From Geosiphon pyriformis uo1 (lineage: Eukaryota > Fungi > Glomeromycota), in the NCBI GenBank assembly GCA_016748015.1, contig JAAOMT010000777.1:380246-444245 (forward strand): a stretch of 64,000 nucleotides of DNA, in the 5' to 3' direction. How positions within the stretch are numbered: the first letter of the stretch is position 1; the number at the start of each line of letters is the position of its first letter. The notes beneath the pieces were generated by a model. It was given only the letters and a program-made list of their open reading frames with translations. It was not told the origin of the DNA and did no database searches. Shown here piece by piece: positions 1-9,900 of this stretch. The translations under genes were made by a program, and so were the position numbers.

Positions 1-691
1 TTGTTTGTGGATGGTAGGGCAAAGACAGAGGTCTTTTGACATTGAATCGTTCACAAATTTCTTGTATCAGGTTGTTCACAAAGTGTGTTCCCTGATTGGA
101 TAAAAGTTCAATTGGACATCCATGTCTACAAATGATGTCTTCGTAGATAAAATTTGCTACTGATTTTGCATCTGCTCATTGAATGGCTCTGGCTTCAGGC
201 CATTTAGTAAGATAGTCTACAGCTACTGCAATATAACGGTTTCCTTGAGTGGTGATAGATAATGGTCTGACTAAATCGATACCAACTCTGTCAAAAGGCT
301 GTCCAACTTTGATTGGATTTAAAGATTTTGTAGGGTGAGTTCCTCCTCTTTTTTGACAACTATCACAAGATTTGACATATTCGTGAATGTCTTTTCTCAT
401 TCGAGGCCAAAAGTAGTATTCTAGTGTTCTTTGGGTGGTGCTATCTTTTCCAAAGTGTGCTGATGAAGAATCCGAGTGCATGTTGTATAAAATGGTCTCT
501 TTTTCCTGTTTTTGTATTAATCTGAGTGGTTTGGTTGGGTTTTTGAAATTTCGATGATAGATAATGTTGTTGTGTAGAAAATATTGTTTGGCTTGTTGTT
601 GTAACTGATGTTTTTCGTCTGGGGACCAATCTGTTGGGATTGTTAATGTTTCCAAATATTGTTTGAGATTGTTGTAGTTTTCAGGGTTCAT
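1..691 (-). pseudogene. Integrase of element A (separate ORF, truncated by window edge)
   Basis: HHCC zinc finger (MHSD..AHFG..CDSC) and core GIDLV..YIAVAVDYLTKWPEA; own ATG at 691; premature TGA at 176-178. Confidence 0.92.
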
Positions 692-739
692 TGTTTGTTG
701 TTTTGATGCTGTTAATTCAATTGGGTGTTGGTTTTGTTT

Positions 740-3700
740 CTAATCTTGCCTCATTCTTGAGAGACAATCAACGTTGGTGTGGAATTTTCCTGGTTTGTGG
801 TGTATGATGTATTGGTAATTAGCTAAAAATCCTGTCCATTGGGTTTGTTTTGCATTCAGCTGGGTGTTTTTGTTTTGAAGCCATTTAAGTCCAATATTAT
901 CAGTAATAATATCAAATTCTTTGGGTCTGAGGTAAAGGTTGAAGTGATGTAGGGCCCAGATTACTGCTGCGGTTTCTAATTCTGTTGCGGGGTAGTTCTT
1001 TTCGGCTGGTTTTAATGTTCTACTAGCATAAGCAATTACTCGCTCATTTCCATTGTCATCTAACTGTGATAGGATGTCACCAAAAGCAGTATAAGAAGTG
1101 TTAATTGCTAACTGGAATCGGTTGCTGAAGTCTGGATAGGCAAGAATTGGGGCTGTTATGAGTTTTTTCTTGAGTATCTCGAAGACATTTTGGTGTTCTT
1201 TTGTCCATTTGTATTCGACATTTTTCATAGTGAGCTGGTTAAGGGGTTTTGCAATTTCTGAGAATTCTTTGATGAATTTTCGGTAATAAGATGCTAATCC
1301 AATAAATCCTCTTAATTCTGTGGTATTTTGTGGAGTCTTGAAATTTTTGACAGTACTGATTTTTCCGGGGTCTGGTTTAATTCCATCTTTGCTAACAATG
1401 TGACCAAGAAAAGCTAAACTTGTTTTTCTGAAGTAGCATTTTTCAATGTTCAGTTTTAATCCTGCTTTCCGTAATCGTTGAAAAACTTCTCGTAGGTGAA
1501 TTAAATGTAGCTCAAAAGACAGTGAATAAACATCAGTGTCATCAAGATAAACTACTACTGATTTCCAAAGGAGGCCTTTGTAAACAACATCCATAAGTCT
1601 TTGGAATGTTGCTAGTGCATTGCATAATCCAAAAGGCATTACATTGAACTCGTAATTTCTTTCTTGAGTGGTGAATGCTGTTTTGGGGCAGTCTTTGGAA
1701 TCCATAGCAACTTGCCAGTATCCATTCTCTAAATCTAGTGTTGAAAAGTATTTGGACTTTCCAAGGGCATCCAACATGTCATCAATTCGGGGAAGAGGAT
1801 AGGCATCCCCAATGGTAACACTGTTGAGTTGTCGGTAATTAACACAAAATCGTATCTTTCTATTTTTCTTTTTAACTAGAACCACAGGTGAGGTCCATGG
1901 GCTCATTGATGGTTGAATAAGCCCATTGTTAAGCATCCGTTGTACTTCTTTTCGGATAAATTGATGACTTTCTGGAACAACTCGGTAGGCTTGTTGTTGC
2001 CTGGGTTTGGCATCTCCTGTATAGATTTGGTGTTGAACCAAATCAGTTCTTCCTAAGTTATTGTTGTTTTTGGCGAAGATATCAGCAAATTCTGCAATTA
2101 GTTCTTTGAGCTGGGTTTGTTGTTGTAGTTCAAGTTGTCCCATGTTGATTCGAGATAGTTTTTCCATGACAACATGGTAGTTTTCAGAGCTAGGGTTTGG
2201 GTTGATTTTCAGTAGTGAATGTCCAATAATTTCAGGGAAATCAGGGACTGTTTGGGGTAATTCTTGTTGAAATATTTTACTGTGAATAACTCCAATTTCT
2301 AAATTATTTAATAAAATTATGGGGTAATTATTGGGGTTGTAAAAAGTAACTCGGACTTTCTTTGTTCCTTCTGAAATATAAATGTTTGGGATCAAAATAT
2401 TATGTTCCAAGCAGACTTGTTTATTGGACTCAAAAATTTGTTGTGTGGTTGTTGGCTTTGTACAAGTGTAAATTTCTGGATGTTCTCTAAAGAGTGAGAT
2501 GGTAATCAGTTGTGGAAGTCTGAGAATCTGGTGGGATTCGTTTTGTGTGTTAAGAGCTATATTAACTGGAACTGTGAATCGTCCAGTTGAACCAAAACCT
2601 TGGGTTCCTCTATCGCTTTTTCCTAATTATTCTCTTTGATTGACTAGTTGCAAACCCGAAATGTTGATTAAGGGTAGGTAAATAGCTTGGGCAATTTTTT
2701 CAGCATGTTCGATCTTGAATGGTTTGTCAGTCTCATTTTGAAGCATCACTGTTATGTCTCCAGTATATCCAGTATCGATTATTTCTCCTCTGATATTGAT
2801 TCCTTTGCTTGCCAGAGAGGACCAAGAGGCGATTTGAACCATTGCTTCTGGCGGGATTTTGAGTGCAATTTTGAGGTTGATTTTTGTGAGAGATTTGGGT
2901 TTGAGAACAAGAGTATCTTTGCCTGGATATCTTAAGTCATATCCAGCATCAATTTCGTGTGCTTTTTCAGGTTTTATTCCTTGTCCATTGTTGTTGAAGT
3001 ATTTAAGTTGTAAGGCAGACTGATTTTCGATAAGGTAGATGAGTGTTGTTTCAATTTCTTCCATTTTTTCAGGTTCTCCAAATTCAATTTCATTCTCATT
3101 ATTTTCGCTGGGCAAGGAGATACTAAGAGCATAGCATTCGGGACACCATTGTTCATCGCAAGGCATAATGCATTCTTCACATAGCCTAATGTTCATTTGC
3201 TCTAATCATTGAATTTGAGCTTCTTGGGTTGGGTAGGTGTGATTTGCAATTTGGTGATAGACTTCTACTTCATCTTTGTAATCAAATCCAGCTAATTCCA
3301 TAGTGTATTCAATGTATTCTGCTTTCTTCATTTGACAAACATCTTCTTTGGTAGCTCCATTAATTAATGCCATTGCTAAGTCGAAAATCATCTTGGCGTC
3401 ATAAGGGTAGTGATAAAGTTTGTTGAGAGCACTGTTGTATGCTGCATTAAAGGGTGTTCCTCTTTTTACTTTTTCTGAAATTGATAAGGCATATTGGCAG
3501 GTCTGATCGCAGATGCCTCCTCTCATTGCTACATCAATCCAATTGCATTCTTCCAGTAGCATATCTCCACAAGTCAAACAAGCAGTGTTGTCCCATTTTC
3601 CACTTCTTTTTATTAGGTGGCCTCATCGCTTTCTGTGGCAGGCCTTGCAGTAATAACAAGTATGATTCTCATATTCTTCTTCAGGTGAAATGCAGGCTCC

Positions 3701-6638
3701 CATTGACGATAGTTTCTTGTGGCAGTTCTTACATTTAAGGGGAATATAGGGGCGTTGTTTTCTTGGTTCGGGTTTGGAGTAAGATATATTCCATCCAGAG
3801 GTTTCGGGTTTAGTGTGTGTGGTAAAATGTTCTTGTTCTGTTTCATCGGCCCAGTTAAACGTTGATCCAAGAGCCATGAATGTTTCGATTATTGGTTTTT
3901 CTTCTTCTGGTTCAAATTCAAAAGCTGGGGCTTTTTCAGAGCATTTGTTGAATGTACCACAAATTGCAGGTACTCGGGCATGTTGTCCTTGGTAGGAGAT
4001 TGTTAACTCTTGTGTTTCCCAATTCAGATTAGCATTGGCTTTTTGAAGCCAATCATTTCTGACAAGAGCTTGGTACTGGGGTGCGTCCATTACAAGAACT
4101 TTGACTGAAATGGTGATTCCATCAAGAGTGAACAGAAANNNNNNNNNNNNNNNNNNNNATGTTTCGATTATTGGTTTTTCTTCTTCTGGTTCAAATTCAA
4201 AAGCTGGGGCTTTTTCAGAGCATTTGTTGAATGTACCACAAATTGCAGGTACTCGGGCATGTTGTCCTTGGTAGGAGATTGTTAACTCTTGTGTTTCCCA
4301 ATTCAGATTAGCATTGGCTTTTTGAAGCCAATCATTTCTGACAAGAGCTTGGTACTGGGGTGCGTCCATTACAAGAACTTTGACTGAAATGGTGATTCCA
4401 TCAAGAGTGAATGGAAAATTGTCAATTTCTTCTACTGGTGTCTTTTTCATGCCATCGGCAGTGACGATTACTGTTTGAGCTGGTCGGTCGACATTTCTTT
4501 TCAACTGTTGCATTAACTGGTAGGTAATAATGCTTTCGGTGGATCCACTGTCTAGGATCAAGCAAATTGGCTTTCCTTCTACTTTAGCTTCTGTGTACAT
4601 TGCAGTGATGGCTTTTTGCTCATTAGCCACTGCATTGCTAAGCAAGAATGGTAATTTATTTGCTTCAAATTCAAAAGGAAAGATATCAGAGAGATTGGCG
4701 TTTTCAGCAATTTGGGCTGGTGGAATAGTGGTGTGGTTATGAGAAGGGTTTTGTTGTTGTTGTGCTGCAGCTCTACCTTCTGAGAGTACAGTATGGTGAA
4801 AATCCTGTTCTTCTGACATTGTTAAATAACTAGGTTGAGTATGGTAATGGTTGGGTCTTAATTGAGTGGTATTTTGGGAAACCAATTGGTTGTTCGAACT
4901 GATTCTATTGTTGTTTACTTGGTATTGGTTTTGTGGTGTGAATTGATTTTGTGTAATCAGTCTTCGAGCAGGTACTTGATAATGTTGTGTGGGTGGTTGT
5001 TGGTATTGCTGTTGGATTGGTTGTAGGGCGGGCTGATAATAGTTATTTTGGTACTGGGATCTTGGTAGATAGTAAGCTGGTGGTGATGGTTGATAATAAG
5101 ATTGCTGTGGTGGAGAGTAACATTAATTACCCCTGTTTTGTTAGTCTCGCTGTAGCTTTCTGTAATCTCTTTTCCAGTGGCCAGAGATTCCACAATAATG
5201 GCAATTCTGGGGCTGGTTATTTGAAAGTGGTGCAAAGTTATTTTGATTTCATCTTTGGAGTGGTTGATATCTTTGGGGTTGTTGTTGTTGTTGGTTGGTA
5301 AAATAGTTTTCGACCTTCTTTGTGAGTTGGTCAATTTTTTCCTCAGCTGCTGAGCTGGTTTCTCCAATTGCCAAATTTACAAGTTTTGTATGATTGGCCT
5401 CTTCCATGGCCATTTCGTATCTTTTTGCATGCTGGATGGCAGAGTTTAAATCTTCTGGCGCGTGTGGGCGAACCTTTTTAATTAGTTTATCTTTTAGACC
5501 AGCAATAAATTGATCCAAGATTTGAGCATCGGAATAATAATCATTTGTCTTGAATTGGCGAATCCGTCTGAGAAGTTTGTTGAATTTCTCAATATAAGTC
5601 ATAATGAATTCAGAGGGTTTTTGTTTGATATTTCGAAAACAATTGCAAAGAGTGATAGAGGTATTATTGTTGGTGAACTGTTCAAGGAAGGCTGCTTTGA
5701 AAGCATTTCAATCATTGAATGGAGCGGCAAGGTTTTCAAACCATTCTTCTGCTGTGTCTTTGAGAAAGTAGGGAATTGTTCTTAACATTCTGGCAGCATT
5801 CCATCCATTTGCATCTTCAGCTTTAGTAACTTGGTCGAGCCATTCTTGGGGACTGGTCTCAATATCTTTTCTATTAAATTCAGGGATTTTTGCGATGTAT
5901 GTTGTCATTTCGTTTTCTTTGTTTTTACTGTCTATTGATTCTTTTTTGGTTATTTTAGAGTTGTTTTTTTTGTTTGCTGCTGTCTCAGAGTGTTCACTTT
6001 GATTTTCAGCTAGAAAATCAAGGAGATTGGAACTAGTTTGAAGGGGTTCTTGTTGTCTGGTGGGACTTCTGAGTGATGTAAAATCTTCTGGTCTTGCAAA
6101 TCGATTCAAGGATGAATTAGGTGTGTGCTTGTACAAGTAAGGCTGGAAAAGGTGTGATAGTAAGTAGAAGTTTTGAACTGGTTCTTTGTTCAGGTGTTTG
6201 TAAATGTTTAGCAGTTGTTTTCGGTAGTGTTGGAGTATTTGGGGTGGTTTTTGAATATTGCTTTAATTTGTTTTTGCCTTTGTTGCTTGTTTCTGTTTCT
6301 GATTTAAAATCAATAGTGTATTGAGACTGCACTGGATATGTTTCTTCACAGTATTTGATAATGTTATAATTAAGTTTGTGAAAGTAAGTGGCAAGTGTTT
6401 CACTATTAAGGTCTTCAGTTCCCAACTGTAAATAGTGTGCTAAATTATTGTAAAGGTTGCTTTTAACTTCTGAGATATTGTAATTTCCAAAAAGATAATT
6501 ATTGATGCAATTTTCAATGTATTGGTATACTGATTTCTTGACAACTTCAATTCCGTCTGGAATGTTGAATCTTTGCTTGCAGTGGGTGTAAATTGATTGG
6601 TAATATTCTAGAGTAGTTGCGTCTGGTGTGGTCACCAC
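740..6638 (-). pseudogene. Gag-PR-Cys-rich-dUTPase-RT-RNaseH polyprotein of element A
   Basis: ORF-track pieces 6136, 5602, 4885, 3577, 3196 and 2410 share one frame (one 2-bp deletion near 6125 and an N-gap). Motifs: Gag zinc knuckle CHYCGISGHWKRD(Y), protease LILDSGS, RT VVYLDD, RNase H ERVIAYASRTL..ELE..ITD; ends CLSRMRQD*. Confidence 0.92.
2582..3012 (-). other. dUTPase domain inside element A polyprotein
   Basis: All five trimeric dUTPase motifs: AGYDL, ASWSSLA (mutated RSS), IIDTGYTG, KIAQ, RGTQGFGSTG. Confidence 0.93.
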
Positions 6639-6668
6639 TTTGAATTTGTTTTTGCTGTGTTATTTTTA

Positions 6669-6683
6669 TGGGAGAGCACCAAA
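6669..6683 (-). promoter_or_regulatory. Primer binding site of element A
   Basis: Minus strand reads LTR-CA then TT-TGGTGCTCTCCCA, complementary to a tRNA 3' end ...GGGAGAGCACCA; same motif in B. Specific tRNA not identified. Confidence 0.75.
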
Positions 6684-7675
6684 TGTTACTGGAGGTTTTT
6701 GGTCTCTTTTCTGTAATGTTGTTGATACTTATTTGCTGCGAATTCACGTTTTCTGAATGTGGTTGAACCTCCAGTAACTGAATTTATTTTCAAATTATCT
6801 CCTATAATTTGAACTTGCTGGGCTTATGAATGGAATGGCCAATTCCGTGCCAGTTGCTTTATGTAGTTACGTTGTAGTAAACGTCAATTCTTTCCCAGGA
6901 ATTGCTTGTCTGAAAGCTCACTAAAAATGTGTAGTTACTTTGCTGTGAAAGTCAACTCTTCTACAGGAATCTTGTCTGTAGGCTACTCTAATGATTATAA
7001 TAAGAAAATAAAGAAAAATAAAAGAAGTGTAACAGAAATAGGATCTTATCAAGGGAAATGTTTTCTATCCAGGCCTGGAGTCACTAACAGTTTACTGAAA
7101 TTGGTAGCTAATCAATTTCGAAATGTTAGTTGGGTTTTGGGGATTTTCCAAGTACAATAATTAAAGAATTTGGTTTTTCAAATTATTTGATATTTATTTC
7201 TTTTTGTGTGTATAAGAACAATTTTTAAGAGATAAATCTAAGGTAAGATACATTTTCTCGAAAAGAGAAGCTCTTTTTTTATACAACTTGTTGTAACACT
7301 ATTCTATGAACTTGAACTTTGCTATTTTCTACAATTTTGCTGAACTAAAGATACATTTTGGCGAACTACAAGTTATTTTGGCGAACTATTAGATATTTTG
7401 GTGAACTATCAATTATTTCTACAAATTTCTACAAATTTCGGCGAACTTCTGAATGTTACATAGTTTGGGGTATTGCATGATTGATCATCACAATTAGGTT
7501 ACATTTGTGTTGTGTACAATTTGAGTTATTAATTAAATGATAATTTTGGACATTTTTTTTTTTTTTTTTTCTAATGTAATAAGTGATCATTTGGAACGAT
7601 AATATATGCTAATTAATGATAGGAATTATAAGATAATTTCATGCTAAATAATATCTCTAATTTTGTCTGGTAACA
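6684..7675 (-). repeat. LTR shared by A (5' LTR) and B (3' LTR)
   Basis: Ends TGTTACTGGA...TCTGGTAACA; aligns to 15547-16515; PBS on one side, PPT on the other; about 21-bp TTTTGGCGAACTA repeats at ~7335-7450 and a TATA-like motif near 7280. Confidence 0.92.
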
Positions 7676-8363
7676 TAATCTTCTCCTCAAAACTGAGCTC
7701 CATTGAAGTCCAAGTACTGTTTGTCATTTCCAGATAATAATCCAAAATTATTGAAGAAATTTGGTCTGAAAATTGTTGAAATTTCAGTTCTGTGAGCTTT
7801 CCAATGTATTGAATCTTCAAAGGTTGAAAAATCGGGTTTTGTAGTATGTTTTTACAGGTGTGAAATAGGTCATAAAGTCTAAGAGCAGCTCTGAGCTTGT
7901 AGTGACTGTTTGTTGGTCCAGCTGTTGTCTTGAATTCGTTGTGGAGTTGTTTCTAAATAGCTTCTTTTGTGAGGTTTGCTGTTGTAAGTTCCAGTTTCCA
8001 TTTGTAGAGTGTTTTTTCAATGTGAAAATATCTATAGATTGGAAGATATTTAGTGTTTTCCTTATTGAGACACAGTTGAAGTCTTTGTTAAATTGTAGCA
8101 TTTGGTGGAATACTAATCAGAGTGAGTATTAGGTTTTCTCTTAAAGCAAGCTTTAAAAGTTCTGGCAGGTGAATTTCAGAATAACTTCTTGTGTTCTTTT
8201 TATATGGGTGATATTTTCATGAATTTGGGGTTAATTTTGGAACTATTTCTGTTTGGATATAATTAATGTGGTTTTCAGTAACAGTAATGAATAATTCGGG
8301 TATTGTTTTTAAAGTTAACATTAGTTTTTGGAATAATTGTTGAATGTTTTGAGGAATAGTCAT
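7644..8363 (-). pseudogene. ORF3 of element B (env-position accessory ORF, unknown function, ~239 aa)
   Basis: Manual translation from ATG 8363: MTIPQNIQQLFQKL...GPTNSHYKLRAALRLYDLFHTCKNILQNP...IGKLTELKFQQFSDQI...; one frame with three stops explicable by C-to-T; homologous to the ORF at 51871-52499. Confidence 0.8.
7676..7692 (-). promoter_or_regulatory. Polypurine tract of element B
   Basis: Minus strand TTTTGAGGAGAAGATTA immediately before the LTR start TGTTACCAG. Confidence 0.7.
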
Positions 8364-8463
8364 TATAAGAGAATAAAAGAAAATTATTTTTGGTGTATGG
8401 GTTTTTATATTATTTTTGTTTTGATTATTTCTAAATTATAAGAGAATAACTAATAAAATTAAA

Positions 8464-9849
8464 TTAAGTGTTCAGGTTGGAAAGTTGTTTAATGACAACT
8501 ATTGGTTCTAAGTTTTGGGGAATATCTTTGGGATTGACTAAAGGGGAATGTATATCAATTTGTGGAATTAATGGTTCAGGATTGTTTCTGAAATGATAGT
8601 GTTTCAAATGATCTCCATGTGCAACTTTTGCTAGAATTTTGTCATCAAGTCTTAGCTTGTATGATCCATTGCCTAAAACTTCATGAATAAAGAATGGTCC
8701 ATCCCATTTATTTTCAAATTTTCTACTCTATTGTTTTTCAGCTTTAGTTCTGTGTAAGAAAACTTTGTGTCCAATTTTAAATTCATTGGTGACTGAAGGC
8801 AATTTGTCATCATGCCGTTCTTTTTGTTGAGCTTGAGAGTGTTCAATATGGGTAACTGCTATTCATTGTTTTCCTTCCAATGTGCTAAGCAGAGTGTAGA
8901 CTCTTCATTGAAGTGTTTCTTGAAAATTGTTTTCATCAATTGGTTGTGCTGGGTATGTTTCTACTGTGAAACTAATTGGTAACATTGCTGTCCTTCTGTA
9001 AGTTAAATTAAATGGTGTGTGTTTTGTGGTATTTTGTTTTAGTGTCCTATATGCTAATAACACTGATAAAATAAAGAGATCCCATTTTTGCTCAAAATCG
9101 GTTGAAACTTTGGCTAATGATTTACACAATGTTCTGTTGAACCATTCTACCAGTCCATTTGTTTGTGGATGGTAGGGTGAAGATAATGGTCTCTTGATAT
9201 TAAATTGTTCACAAATTTCCTGGATTAAATTGTTCACAAAATGTGTTCCTTGATCAGATAAAAGTTCTATTGGACATCTATGTCTACAAATAATGTCTTC
9301 ATAGATGAAGTTTGCTACTGATTTTGCATCTGCCTGTTGAATGGCTCTGGCTTCAGGCCATTTGGTGAGATAGTCTACGGCTACTGCAATGTAGTGGTTT
9401 CCTTGGTTTGTGATAGATAGTGGTCCGACTAAATCAATACCAACTCTGTCAAAAGGCTGTCCAACTTTGATTGGGTTTAAAAGTTCTGTAAGGTGAATTC
9501 CTCCTCTTCTTTGACAACTATCACAAGATTCAACATATTCGTGAATGTTTTTTCTCATTTGAGGCCAAAAATAGTATTCTAGTGTTCTTTGGGTGGTGCT
9601 GTCTTTTTCAAAGTGGGCTGATGAAGGATCTGAGTGCATGTTGTATAATATAGTCTTTTTTTTTTGTTCTTGTATTAATTTGAGTGGTTTGTTTGGGTTT
9701 TTGAAATTTCGGTAATAAATAATGTTGTTGTGTAAAAAATATTGTTTGGCTTGTTGTTGTAGTTGATGTTTTTCATCTGGAGACCAATCTGTTGGGATTG
9801 TTAATGTTTCCAAATATTGTTTGAGTTTGTTGTAGTTTTCTGAATTCAT
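8464..9849 (-). pseudogene. Integrase of element B (separate ORF)
   Basis: HHCC, DDE core (GIDLVGP, SDQGTHF, PQTNGLVE) and GPY/F-type tail KWDGPFFIHEVLGNGSYKL; no chromodomain seen. Confidence 0.93.
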
Positions 9850-9900
9850 TGTTTGTTGGCTCTTTTGGTTGGTTAAGTTAAATGTTGGTTTTTGTGTTTT

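Larger units (their letters stand above)
1..7675 (-). mobile_element. Ty3/Gypsy LTR retrotransposon copy A (3' part runs off the window; degenerate)
   Basis: Order gag-PR-dUTPase-RT-RNaseH-IN on the minus strand; RT YLDD motif; LTR 6684-7675 with PBS; scattered in-frame stops. Confidence 0.95.

Noticed and set aside
3878-4412. Apparent tandem duplication of the protease C-terminal half in element A
   Set aside because: The copies look identical, flank a 20-N gap and are absent from B: unmerged contig overlap.
2687-6324. Plus-strand ORFs over the Gypsy elements, some recurring in A and B
   Set aside because: Antisense shadows of a biased coding strand; recurrence reflects nucleotide similarity of the copies.
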